Below, piece after piece: positions 12,800-26,255 of a DNA stretch of 60,000 nt. The stretch spans positions 18,106,001 through 18,166,000 of the forward strand of contig NC_058369.1 in the NCBI RefSeq assembly GCF_018350175.1, read 5' to 3'. Under the pieces are notes generated by a model. It was not told the origin of the DNA and did no database searches. It saw only the letters and a program-made list of their open reading frames with translations. Source of the DNA: Felis catus (lineage: Eukaryota). The position numbers and the translations under genes are program-made. Within the stretch, counting starts at the first letter, position 1; each line of letters opens with the position of its first letter.

Positions 12800-14290
12800 A
12801 TAAAGCTTGCACTGTTAAAAGCTCAAAAAAATACACAAAATTAAATGACAAATGCAAACCATGTAAAAGACTTGCCACATACAGCAAGTAATTAACAACC
12901 TTAACAGGTCCAAAGCTTTTATAAGCCAAAAAAACAAACAAATGAGCAAAGAAAAATAGGTACTTCATAAAGAAACAATACAAACAACTAATATTCATCA
13001 GAGTAATTAACCTCACTATCATTTAAAAGCAAGAAAAATTGGGGTTCCTGGTGGCTCAGTTGGTTGAGTGACCGACTTCAGTTCAGGTCATGATCTTGTG
13101 GTTCATGAGTCCGAGCCCCACATCAGGCTGCCTGTCAATGCAGAGCCCACTTCAGATCCTCTGTCCCTCTCTCTCTGCCCCTTCCCACTTGTGCTCTCTC
13201 AAAAACAACCATTTAAAAAAATAAAAACACAAAAAAATTAAAACAATGCAAATTTTTCACCCATCAGACTGGCAGAGATTGTAAATTAGATGCTGCAGAG
13301 TTTCCTGGTCAGTGGGTGCTCCTGTATTATTGACTGAGAATAGAAAGGGATAGGCCTTTATAGGAGGGCCATTTGGTAATATGTTTTAAAAACTTTTTAA
13401 AGTATACACCTTTAGGGGGTGCCTGGGTGGCTGAGTTGGTTAAGCGTCCGACTCTTGATCTTGGCTCAGGTCATGATTTCATGGTTCATGGGATCAACCC
13501 CCATATTGAGCTCTATGCTGACAGTATGGAGACTGCTTGGGATTCTCTTTGTCTCTCTAGCTCTCTCCCTGTGCCCCCACCTCAAAATAAACAAAGTTTA
13601 AATAAATAAATAGATAAATAAATAAGTAAATGTACACACATTTAAACATACTAATTTCATGTCTGGACATTTATTCTAAGAAAATAATCAGGTATACATG
13701 GGGTGCCTGGGTGGCTCAGTCAGTTGAGCTTCCTACTTTGGCTCAGGTCAAGATCTCACAGTTAGTGGGTTGGAGTCCCACATTGGGCTCTGTGCTGACA
13801 GCAGGGGCCTGCTTCAGATCCTCTGTCTCCCTCTCACTCTGCCCCTCCCCTGCTCTCTCTCTCAAAAATAAATAAACATTAAAAAAAAGAAAAGAAAAGA
13901 ATCAGATATACACACAAAAACTTATTTATAAAGATCTTCGCTATAGTATATAATTTGTCATGCCCCCAGATAAGGAATTATTGGGTAAATGACAGCCATG
14001 TAATGAAATAAGATACAGAACATGATGCTTGAGAAAAAACAACCACAGAAAATTAGGATACATCAAGTGAAAAAAGCTGGTTATAAAACTAATGCATTAT
14101 GTGACCTCAATTTTATTTCAAAAGTTAACATTTCCTAACATACATGTTTACCAAAAAGGCTAGAAGAATTCACACAAAAACATACCAGTAGTTACCTCAG
14201 CGGGGTGGTATCATGGGTGATAAATACATTTTTTTCTTTGTGCTTCTCTGCATTATCAAAATTTTCTAGCAAGAATTATGTGTTAAATTA
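12800..14290 (+). mobile_element. Old L1 (L1ME-like) 3' remnants interrupted by three Can-SINEs
   Basis: ttttcacccatcagactggca and other degenerate L1 3' motifs, A-rich composition. Confidence 0.6.
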
Positions 14291-14760
14291 CTTCAGCTAT
14301 TAGAAGAAAACAGCAGTAACTTTTTTGTTTTAAAAGGAGCCTTTGTGGTAAGGCAGGAGACCAATTCACACCCTTGGCTGTCAATGAGCCAGGTACTCAA
14401 AGGGCACTGAGTCTTTGGGCAACTGGTAGAGACATAAGATACACAGGCAGAAGTAGCCTCCCTTCCACCTCTGAAGAAACACGGTTCACCTTTCAGAGTT
14501 GCTGAAGTACTGTTAATAAGAGTGGATAAGTCTAGAATGACACATCACAGGTGTGACATTTTGGTTGGTTTATTACACTGTCCTCGTTCTCGATTCTACT
14601 ACGATTGCTTCCATGCTCTTGAAAACCTTGAAACTGCTTTGCACACCTGACCTGAAGCCTTTATAAAGGGTGAAAGGACATAAACATCCACACAAAATTG
14701 CATACTGAATGGAAAAAGCTAGCTGCCTCCCCCCAGATCACATTCCCCCACACCAGCTCA

Positions 14761-15033
<273 letters not shown>

Positions 15034-17029
15034 TCAAATTTTCCAGGGCAGAGGTCTCAGTACAAAGAGTAATATGAGCTTGGTCAAGAAGGCCACCTGC
15101 ACACTCAGTTGGCCTCACCCACAGAAGCTTTATAGTGAGACATAGTTCCCTGCCTGGGCCTGTCATGCACAATGACTACAGATTAGTTTTTAGGCTTCAC
15201 TGAGCCTTGACTCCCCATTTGTAAAACTCAGGGTTGTTGTGGAAAAAAAGCCTCCAACTCAAGATTTGGGTCTCAGTCAACCCCAGTTTCCCTCCAATCT
15301 CACTTCCTCTGGATCAGCAAGGGCCTGAGAACATTTTAAGCCAAGACTCAAGCGAGACAGCATCAAGGCTGGGGGGACAGTTGTGGCCATTTCCACAGGA
15401 TGAAGGGCACCCAGGCCAATTGCAAAGAGTGTGCTGTTAAGATGCTGAAAAAGGCCCAGACAGGGATGGTACCCAGAGAGGCATGATGAGTTCTGTAGCC
15501 CTCTGGGCAGGGAATGATCCCTCAGCGGCCAGAGAGATGGATCCTCACCCTGGCCCCTACAGAATAAACCACACAAAGTATTTGGAGGTGAGGCTCCAGG
15601 TATCTAGAGCACACAGCTGTCTGTGCTACCTCTGGCATCTCCTTTTCTATTAGTAATACAAGGGTCACCAGGAGGCAATGGAGCACAAAGCTATAATTAA
15701 CATCTCAACAGAGCCTCCACAATTTAAGAAAGGTTACTAAAAATCTTCAGTGACTTGCCAGAGCCTCAGGCCCCTCCTGACCCCAACCTCTGACAGTTGA
15801 GCCTTCAGCCAGGTCCCACTCAACAAGAGCCCAAGACCTGGAAAACAGATGTCAAACGGGGTAGAGAGACATCTACTGCAGTCCTTCCCTCTAGGTAGGG
15901 CATAAGTTTCAACAGCCCTGTTTTTGTTGTTGTTGTTTTATATTCTCACTCCAGGCAGGGCCCACACATATACCTCAGGCATGCAGACCTAGCACACAGG
16001 TTGGCTGTCGAACAGTCAAGAGATTTGCTTTCATGCACGGCCTCCTTCACAGACACAGTTCACACTGCTGTCTCCAAGAGGAGCCCTCTCAGCAACTGAA
16101 GTTCTCCTCAGGAGACCAACATGCTCTGTACTTTGCAGGATGCCCATACTCCAGGCCAGGCACATCCCCATCTCTTGGGAATAAGGACTTTTCCCTGAAT
16201 GGGTTCTCTGTGTGTGCCCAGAGAACTCTTTAGACACTCTATGACTGCCTGGCCCATTCTGCCACTCCCCACCCCCACCCTAGGCTGGTATCTGTGAGTC
16301 TGAACCTTCTTGGGGATCCACTCCAAGATCCTGGTAATGCTCATTTCCATACTATCCTCAAATACCACTGCAGGGAGGGGAAACAAGGCAGGGCTGATGT
16401 CCAGAATTTAAAACATGGCAAGATTATACGAGTGGGGTCCTCAGTGTCTCAACCTTTGCTCAAGCAGGAAGTATTTCTTTGTATGCTGATGTGATTGTAC
16501 AGGGAATACAACCCACAGGTCTAAGTACTAACAATGACCCCACTGGGGGTTTTAGTGCATGGCCCCAGTATAACTATGAGCTGGTACATGAGCTAGAATA
16601 CCAGCTTCTCAGAGAAGACATGTGTCCCTGGGACATTTGGACTACTAACAGCCAAACACAGCTTCAAAAGGACCCCATACACATTCACATTTGTGGCCAC
16701 CTGTGGCTATTTATAGAAGCTTGTCACATTCAGAGGGTCACAAGGACTCCAGAAATAGTTTCACATTATAAGCATCTCATCTACGTCCTAGACCCTTACT
16801 CAGCATGCTGTGGCCTGAAGTAGTGACAGAAAACAACCACACAGCACCCTGGGCTTCCTCCCTCAAACTCTTGGACCTAGGCCTGGCCAGCCTCTGTGGG
16901 ATCTGTGCTGCCTGCAGCCCTTCCCAGGAGTTGTTGTCACCCTGCAAGTCTCACACTGAGGACATCTTATCATCCCATGTTTCCACTCTGAATCCCCCTG
17001 CATGCCAAGAAGCTGGTCTGATGAAAAGT

Positions 17030-17200
17030 ACATCATAGTGAATATAGTCACTATGTAATAACTTTGTATGGTGACAGATGGGAACTACACTTACCATGTG
17101 AGCATTTCATAATGTATGTAATTGTTGAATTACTACATTATATACTTGAAACTAATATTATGTGTCAACTACACTTCAATTAAAAAGTTAAAAAGGTTTA
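17030..17200 (+). mobile_element. L1MA9/L1_Carn-like 3' end fragment
   Basis: tggtgacagatgg...cttgaaactaatatta...tgtcaactacacttcaattaaaaa terminus. Confidence 0.75.
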
Positions 17201-17875
17201 ATTAAAAAAAAATTGAGAGGCACCTGGGTGGCTCAATCAGTTAAGTGTCCAACTTCAGCTAAGGTCATTATCTCCTGGTTCATGAGTTCAAGCCCTGCGT
17301 CGGGCTCTGTGCTAACAGCTCAGAGCCTGGAGCCTGCTTTGGATTCTGTGTCTCCCTCTCTCTCTGCCCCTCCCCTGCTCATACACACACACTCTCTCTC
17401 TCTCAAAAACAAATAAACACTAAAAAAAAAAAAAAAAAAATTGAGAAACACCTGGGTGACTCAGTTGGTTAAGGGTCCTTCCCTTTTCCCAAGCAGGGGA
17501 TGGAAGACAAGGCTGCTGTTGTCATTGCTGTAGCACTGGGGACTGTTCATGGCATTTTACATACTTTTTCACATTCAGACCTCTCAATGCTATGGGGTTG
17601 ATATTACTAATATCCACAGTAAGTGATACTACTTCATAGAAGAAATTATGACAACCTGGTAGGGAAGATGGGGGAGGATTTGGGGTTGTTTTCTTTTTCC
17701 CTTTGGTTCACAGGGCAAAAGAAGCTCAAGTACCTCCCTCATGTGGAGCAACCAGGAGCCAGTGTTAGGGGTCCAGAGGGACAGCCACTCCCTATCTGCC
17801 AAGATTTTTCACTTTGACCCATGTCACACCACCAGGCGGAACAGCTTCAAGTGCTCCAGACCTGTAAGTACTCAC

Positions 17876-18003
17876 CTGAGCACATCCTCTGGGCATTTCT
17901 GTTGCAGTTTCTTCCCCAAACCAAACCCAAAGAAGCACACAGCGAACATGGGGGTGACCCCAATGATGGGGGCAGCCATGCCCCGATATAGCCCCGTGAT
18001 GCC
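17876..18003 (-). CDS. SLC25A20: SLC25A20 exon 3 ([43 protein letters not shown], 128 nt)
   Basis: Acceptor ccttgcag|GGC, donor CAG|GTGAGT; GLYRG carrier motif; frame continuous. Confidence 0.97.
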
Positions 18004-18339
18004 CTGCAAGGAATCACAGAAACAGAAGCTGTTTATAGACACAAGTACCCTTTACACCGCTGAAACAGCAATGTACTGTGTCCTCTAAACTGTGGCTTCC
18101 TTCCTTCACCTCTTCTCCGAGTGAAGAGAACTTTCAAAAGGAAGAAAAACCCCTGGGAGCCTGGGTGGCTCAGTCGATTAAGTGTCCAATTCTTGGTTTC
18201 AGCTCAGGTCATGATGTCACAGTTCATGAGTTTGAGTCCTGCCTTGGGTTCTGTGCTGATGGTGCAGAGCCTGCTTTGGCATTCTCTCTCTCTCCTCCTG
18301 CATCTCTTTCTCTCTCTCTCTCAAAATAAATAAACTTAA

Positions 18340-18600
18340 GGGGCGCCTGGGTGGCGCAGTCGGTTAAGCGTCCGACTTCAGCCAGGTCACGATCTCGCGG
18401 TCCGGGAGTTCGAGCCCCGCGTCGGGCTCTGGGCTGATGGCTCAGAGCCTGGAGCCTGTTTCCGATTCTGTGTCTCCCTCTCTCTCTGCCCCTCCCCCAT
18501 TCATGCTCTGTCTCTCTCTGTCCCAAAAATAAACAAACGTTGAAAAAAAAAATTTTTAAAATAAAAAATAAATTAAAAATAAATAAATAAATAAACTTTA
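18340..18600 (+). mobile_element. Young felid Can-SINE (SINEC_Fc type)
   Basis: GGGGCGCCTGGGTGGCGCAGTCGGTTAAGCG head, CpGs intact, CT tract, A tail; inserted in the tail of an older SINE. Confidence 0.95.
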
Positions 18601-20384
18601 AAAAAAAAAAAAAAGGAAGAAACCCCCAGAAATAGTTGTCCTTTTATACACTGCTGAAGAAACCAGAAACAGCTTTTATTCTGGAAAGCAATGTGGCAAT
18701 ATGCAGCATGCCCTTTCATCAGGAAATTCTGTGTCTAGAAGTTTATTCTAAGAAAATACTCAGAGATGTAAAAAGAGAATGACATTAGGCATTTATAAGC
18801 TCCCAAAATTTTGGAATAATCCAAAAAACTCCCAAATAGGAGATTAACAAGACAAATGATGGGAATTCACGGCCATTAAATCACACTGTAACATGAGAAG
18901 ATGCTATTAAGTCTACTTAGAGACCACTAAAAAGGCAGGCTACAAGATAAGATGTATAATGTGATCTGACTTCCTCGGAGTGAGATGACAGGTAATTAAG
19001 AAATTTTTGTATTTTCCAAGTACTAAGATATAGGGTTTTTATTATTAGAAACAATAGTAAGACTGCACATCAATTTTCACTCATGTAGTTTGTGATAAAA
19101 TCAACTATGCCAGTAGCCAATAAACAGACAAACAGATATCCCAACCAAATGAGGTTCGTAACCAAGGAAAAAGATTTGGGATCCAGGAGACCAAGGGTTG
19201 AGCCCAAGAGAGGTAAAGGAGGCTTCTGGGATGGCGTTGGGTACTGTGGGCCTGGAAAGAAGCCAGTCCACACAAGAGTATGAGGATAGAGGACCCCAGA
19301 AGGGAAGTTTCCCCCCCCCAAAAAAAAACAAAAAAAAACAAAGCAAAACAACTCACAGTGGAAGAACAGATTACAACTGTTTAGGCAGTGTGGAAAACCA
19401 AACAGAAAGGTACTCCACAGAGCTTTCTTAGGTACAAGATAACCAAGACAGCAATTCAAAGAAACACAAGCAAAAGAAACCGACACAATTATTTTACCTA
19501 ACCTCAAGAAAAACAAAAAGTCACACAAGAAATAAAATGCGCATCATACTATATTACTTAAGAGGAAAAAAATATATAAAGTTGTAATCATGAAAACATT
19601 AAATTGAATTAAACCACAACATATGATAAAACTATACAGGCAGGGCAGAAAGGGCATAAAGAAATGTAAGACTAGGGGCACCTGGGTGGCTCAGTTGGTT
19701 AAGTGTGACTCTTGGTTTAGGCTCAGGTCACAATCTCACGGTTGGAGTTCAAGCCCTACATTGGGCTTTGTGCTGACAGCGCGGAGCCTGCTTGGGGTTC
19801 TCTCTCTCAGCCACTCCCCTGCGTGTGCGCATGTGTGTGCTTTTTCCTCTCTCTCAAAATAGATAAATAGGGGCACCTGGGTGGCTTAGTCTGTCAAGCA
19901 TCTGACTTCAGCTCAGGTCATGATCTCGCGGTTTGTGAGTTTGGGCCCTGCATAGGGCTCTGTGCTGACAGCTCAGAGCCTGGAGCCCGCTTCAGATTCT
20001 GTGTTTCCCTCTCTTGCTGCCCCTCTTCCACTTGTGCTCTCTCTCTCAAAAATAAATAAACATTAAAAAAAAGTTTAATAAATATTTTTTAAAAAGCATT
20101 AAAAAAAATGTAAGACTTAAAATCATCTACCACAAATAGGTAGCTAACACATATAAAAAGTGTATTAAATATAGTTGTAAATGTATATTTTTTTAGGTAG
20201 AAACAGCATAAACAACTGGAAAAGCTGAAAAAAATTACCTATGGAGAAGAGGTGGATAAATCATTTTGCTACTTTGTTACAAGCCTTTCAGTAACAAACC
20301 CAAGTGCTTGTATCACTTTAATACAAAATAAGGAATAATTTTAAAAACAAATGTTATAGTTGCTCATTTTGTTTTACACTTTTT

Positions 20385-21000
20385 AAATTTAATTTTGTAT
20401 TTTTAAAAATTTATATCCAAATTAGCATATAGCGCAACAATGATTTCAGGAGTAGATTCTTTAGTGCCCCTTACCCATTTACCCCATCCCCCCCCTCCCA
20501 CAACCCCTCCTGTAACCCTGTTTGTTCTCCATGAGTCTCTTGTTTTGTCCCCCTCCCTGTTTTTATATTTTTGTTTCCCTTCCCTTATGTTCATCTGTTT
20601 TGTCTCTTAAAAGTCCTCATATGAGTGAAGTCATATGATTTTTGTCTTTCTCTGACTAACTTCACTTAGCATAATACCCTCCAGTTCCATCCATGTAGTT
20701 GCAAATGGCAAGATTTCATTCTTCTTGATTGCCGAGTAATACTCCATTGTATATATATACCACATCTTCTTTATCCGTTCATCCATCGATGGACATTTGG
20801 GCTCTTTCCATACTTTGGTTATTGTTGATAGTGTTGCTATAAACATGGGGGTGCAGGTGTCCCTTTGAAACAGCACACCTATATCCTTTGGATAAATGCC
20901 TAATAGTGCAATTGCTGGGTCATAGGGTAATTCTATTTTTAGTTTTTTGAGGAACCTCCATACTATTTTCCAGAGTGGCTGCACCAGCTTGCATTCCCAC
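20385..21000 (-). mobile_element. 5'-truncated felid L1 (ORF2 C-terminus plus 3' UTR) inserted in the tail of a Can-SINE (21005-21229)
   Basis: ORF 20631-20984 [32 protein letters not shown] is canonical L1 ORF2 C-terminus; ttttaca repeats flank the L1; tatagttgct repeats flank the composite. Confidence 0.92.
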
Positions 21001-22158
21001 TTTTACATTTTTTTTTAACGTTTATTCATTTTTGAGAGCCAGCGAGAGACAAAGCACAAGTGGGGAAGGGGCAGAGAGAGAGAGGGAGACAGACAGACAG
21101 AAACTGAAGCAGGCTCCAGGCTCCAAGCTGTCAGCACAGAGTCCAACGTGGGGCTCAAACTCACGAACCGCGAGATCATGACCTAAGCCGAAGTCGGACG
21201 CTCAACCAACTGTGCCACCCAGGTGCCCCTATAGTTGCTGCTTAAGATAGAACCGCAAGAGAAATAGGGTGCTGCTCCACACCTGGAGAGTCCACGGACA
21301 CAGGCTGGAGAACCTGTCTCTCTGCAGATCCTGGGCACTCACAACCAATCTTCTTTCCTGAACTAAAGGGGCACAACTATACCAGTCGGCACTCCTGGGT
21401 CCTGCAAAGGTCTAACATTGTCACACACTGTAAGCAGACTGTCTGAGGACAAAGTGCAAAGGCAGAAAACAGTAAAGAGTGAAGGGGGAAGAGAAGGTTC
21501 TGAGGAGGATCTACAAAAGCAGCATGTGACAAAGTCGTTCCAAAGCCTACAGCTCCCTGCTGGGGCTGAAAAGCATGTCCAAGTCCTAAGGGCCTAACTA
21601 AGCCCTTGCCTCCTGGTTAGCCTTCCTTCCACCATCCTGGCCCACCCACTTCCATGCAGCAGAGCCAAGACCTCTGGCAGTTTCAGAAAGCAGAGAGGTC
21701 AGTTTGGCACAGCAAAAACCAAGGATGTGCATGCATATGGACGAAGGAAACCTATTCAACCCTGCAGGGAGTTGGGTTTGTACAAGCCATTCTCACCAGG
21801 CCCCCATGACCCAGCACACTGCCAAGCCACTAAACAGATGCTCAGTGTTCCTTGACCAAGAGCATGTAAACCCTGCCTTTCTTCCACCAGTGCAGAGGAT
21901 ATGGGGCAGATCCAAAGCCTAAAGCCTCAATGGGACACCGATGAGACTCAGCTCTGGGAAGCACAGATGAAAGAAAGAATGCCTTAAAGAAAAAAAGGCA
22001 GCACCATCTTGGGCATGGATCCTGTGGGAACCCTGGGAACAACTTCTCCCCCAAGGCTTAATCCATCACTTAGCAGTCTCCCTTCTTTATCTGGGTGACA
22101 CCTAAGCACCCTGAATTCTGCCTTTCAAATGAGAAAACCATTTTGTTAGCTTTAGTCA

Positions 22159-22473
<315 letters not shown>

Positions 22474-23124
22474 TCATCTCCCAGAAACAGAACTGCTTGC
22501 CAAACTCTGAACAGAGAATAGCTGTGCCTGTGTACATGTCTTTGGCACTTGCTTAACCCGCTAGATTCAGACTTCTCTTTCCTCCAATTTATTCAAACTC
22601 TGTACTCACATATCATTAGTAGCATGCCTTTTTTTCCCCTCATCTAGTCACTTCCACCACTTATTTCTTACCTAATGGATCCCACAATGACCCAATGGGA
22701 TAGGTATTCCCAGTTTACAGATAAGAAGGCTGGGTTTACAGAGTTCAAGTGATATGCCAATAGTTATGACCAGCTTCCTATTTGTGGTGGCATGCTGGTG
22801 GTTAGGTAAGGCACTCCACAAAAGCATTCTGGAGTAAGGTGGATTTTTTAAATGTATTTAAAAATTTGTAAATTTATTGAGAGAGAAGTAGAGTGCAAGC
22901 TGGGGAGGGGCAGAAAGAGGAGAGATAGAATCCTAAGCAGGATCTGCACTGCCAGTGTGAGCCTGACATGGGGCTCAAATTCACGAACCATGAGAGCATG
23001 ACCTGAGCTGAAATCAAGAGTTAACCAACTGAGGCACCCAGGCACCCCTGGTTAACCAACCGCTTAACCAACTGAGCCACCCAGGCACCCCTGGAGTAAG
23101 GTGGATTTAATCCCACTTCTTAGA

Positions 23125-23343
23125 TTTTTTTTTTTTCCAACGTTTTTATTTATTTTTTGGGACAGAGAGAGACAGAGCATGAACGGGGGAGGGGCAGAGA
23201 GAGAGGGAGACACAGAATCGGAAACAGGCTCCAGGCTCCGAGCCATCAGCCCAGAGCCCGACGCGGGGCTCGAACTCACGGACCGCGAGATCGTGACCTG
23301 GCTGAAGTCGGACGCTTAACCGACTGTGCCACCCAGGCGCTCC
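23125..23343 (-). mobile_element. Young felid Can-SINE
   Basis: Same subfamily; TSD tcccacttct. Confidence 0.95.
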
Positions 23344-23869
23344 TCTCCCACTTCTGCTGATCCTCATCCTTCTTGACCTTTTGATATATACAGTGCTTCA
23401 AAATGTCTCTTCTTGAAACCTCCCTTCTTAGAACTCCCTCCTTTGTCTCCTTTTCTACTCCGGGCATTCTTCAGGCTTAGCACCCTACCCATGTGGTCCA
23501 TGATCCCATTCAGAAAACTCAGATTGCAGGGCTTCAGCTGCTACTCAGTGATGACTATCACTTGGCCATCTCCAGACCTTCTCTCCCATCCTAAGGGCTA
23601 TACTTCCAACTTCCAAGTAAAGATCTCCCTACTCAAATCACCTCTGGAATCTCACCTTCCTGATGAATGTTCCATTTGTGCCAGAGCGACCTAGCTACCT
23701 CAGGATTTGAAACCATAGCATAACCTCTGACTACTTCCTATTGCTCTCCCTACTCTTACTGACATGGGCACCAAGTCTGTTGGAGTGGTCCTTCAAGATG
23801 CTTCCAGAATCCTAATTTCTTCCTCTGAGTCCTTTCCTAGGCCAATTCCTAACCCATTCTTACCCAGTA

Positions 23870-24878
23870 TAGTGGTTTTCAATTATGTCCACTAATTCCT
23901 TGATGCTCTTTCCCCTTCAAATTTAAGTCCTAATTCACTCCCCTTGAATGTGGGCCAGACTCAGCCAACTTACTTCTATCAAGTAGAGTATGGTGGTATT
24001 GATGCTATATGACTTCCAAGGCTAGGTGATAAAAAGGCCAGCTTCTGCCTGGCTCTATCTCAGGTTATCTGCTTTGGGGGAAGTCAGTCACCATGTTATA
24101 AGGACACTCAAGTAGCTTAGAGAGGCCATGTATGGAAGAAAGAAGGCCTCCTGACAAGAGCCAGCACCAACTTGCCAGCATGTGAATGAACTACGTGGAA
24201 GCCAGTCCTTAAGATGAGTGTAGTCCCATACAACATCTTTTTTTTTTGGGGGGGGGGTGGGGGGAGGGCACTGTTTTGGGTAATTTAAGCAATTTAAGTA
24301 ATCTCTACACCCAACGTGGTGTTCAAACTCAAGACCCAAAAATCAAGAGTCATATGCTCTAGCGATTGAGTCAGCCAGGCACCCTGGTTCAGTACTTTTT
24401 CTCAACAGCTTTTTAAGATATAATTTCCATACCATAAAATTCACCCTTTTAAAGTGCACAGTTCAATGGTTTTTAGTATTTTGAGTTGTGCAACCTTCAT
24501 TACAATCAACTTAGAACATTTTCATCACCACAAAAAGAAACTCCACACCATTACTAGTTACTCTCTATTCCTTGCTCCTCTCAGCCCCTTGCAATCACTT
24601 ATCTACTGTCTCTATAAGCTTGTCTAATATTTATTCATTAAGTCCTTTGCCCATTTTTCAATTGGGCTATTTGTCTTTTTATTGAGTTGCAAGAGTTCTT
24701 TATTCATCCTGGATGCCAGCCAACATCTGCAACCTCACAAACAACCCTAAGCCAGACTATCCACCTAAACTGCTCCCAAAACCCTGCCTCAGAAAGACTA
24801 TGAGAGTTAATGAATGTTATTGTTTCGTGTCACTAAACTTTAGGGTAAGTTGTTATAATGCGATAGATAACTGATACA
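23870..24878 (+). mobile_element. MLT1 (MaLR, MLT1F-like) LTR interrupted by a SINE and an L1 fragment
   Basis: gacttccaaggctaggt... body and ...gttataatgcgatagataactgataca terminus. Confidence 0.75.
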
Positions 24879-25651
24879 TCCAGTTACTTCTGCAGTCTAC
24901 TTCCTGGCTGTTTTTCCTGCTCAGAGTCCTTCTGCTTCCAAGTCCTTCTCATGGTGCTATCATACTAACCTTTTCAAAACACCATTTTCGCCCTGCTCTT
25001 CCTCTGTTTCTTTAGAATCTCTTATTCTTATATTTGTTAGGGCCTTACATGTCACAATAAGGAAATCACTTTCTAGGCAATGGAGAGTCCATGCAAGTCT
25101 GAGGAGTTTATAGGACAGAACAGTAGAAGTGTAAAACAGAACTGCTTGACATCTGAAATCCCTTTAATTGGCTTTCAGATCCTCCATAATCAGGCACAAC
25201 CTCCCTAGCTCAGTAAGGAGGGAGAGATGGATCAAAACTTCTGAGCGATACCTTTCTGTGATTCTGTATAGATTTCACACCTGTTCCATCATGACGTCAA
25301 CCATCCAAGCCAGCAAGAACATTAAAGTACTCCATGATTGATCTTATTTTACAGCCTGATTCCCACTGCCAAGCCAGTATCTGCCTTCACTTCTGCTCTT
25401 CCCCTGCCCAGAATGTCTGGGTTCTCCACTTCTCCAGTCAGAACTCAGCCTGCCCTTTACCACCTACCACACAGCCTTTCCAAGCTCCAACTCTGAAGTG
25501 CTGCAGTTCTTGCCTTCTTAGGCAACAGCTAGTCACCTTGGACCTCTGAAGGTGCCCCTAGGCCAGGCTTTGACTGGAACCCATGTGCCTCTCTGAGGTC
25601 AAAAGGACTGCAATCAGCAATTTGTGGTTTCAAGCTAAAAAGCGGCTTTTT

Positions 25652-25886
25652 GGGGCGCCTGGGTGGCACAGTCGGTTAAGCATCCGACTTCAGCCAGGTC
25701 ACGATCTCACGGTCCGTGAGTTCGAGCCCAGCGTCAGGCTCTGGGCTGATGGCTCAGAGCCTGGAGCCTGCTTCCGATTCTGTGTCTCCCTCTCTCTCTG
25801 CCCCTCCCCCGTTCATGCTCTGTCTCTCTCTGTCCCAAAAATAAATAAACGTTGACAAAAAAAATTAAAAAAAAAAAAAAAAAAAA
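25652..25886 (+). mobile_element. Young felid Can-SINE
   Basis: Same subfamily; TSD aaaaagcggcttttt. Confidence 0.95.
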
Positions 25887-26044
25887 GCGGCTTTTTGGCT
25901 GTTAAAAATGCCAGGGAACATTTTCAGTCATTTACACTTTAGTACAGAGATCACTGAGCCCTTCCTGAGAGTAACATCTGTGGGGAAGAAGGGCAAGAGG
26001 ATACAGAAGTAAGAGTAATACTTGTATAAGGCAGCAAGTGAGGG

Positions 26045-26255
26045 TTTTTTTTTTCTCAACGTTTATTTATTTTTGGGACAGAGAGAGACAGAGCATGAAC
26101 GGGCGAGGGGCAGAGAGGGAGACACAGAATTGGAAACAGGCTCCAGGCTCTGAGCCATCAGCCCAGAGCCCGAAGCGGGGCTCGAACTCACGGACCGCGA
26201 GATCGTGACCTGGCTGAAGTCGGACGCTTAACCGACTGCGCCACCCAGGCGCCCC
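26045..26255 (-). mobile_element. Young felid Can-SINE
   Basis: Same subfamily; TSD cagcaagtgagggtttt. Confidence 0.95.

Noticed and set aside
19070..19528. 152-aa minus-strand ORF in SLC25A20 intron 2
   Set aside because: Phe/Leu-rich translation of A-rich degenerate repeat-like sequence; no recognisable domain or exon structure
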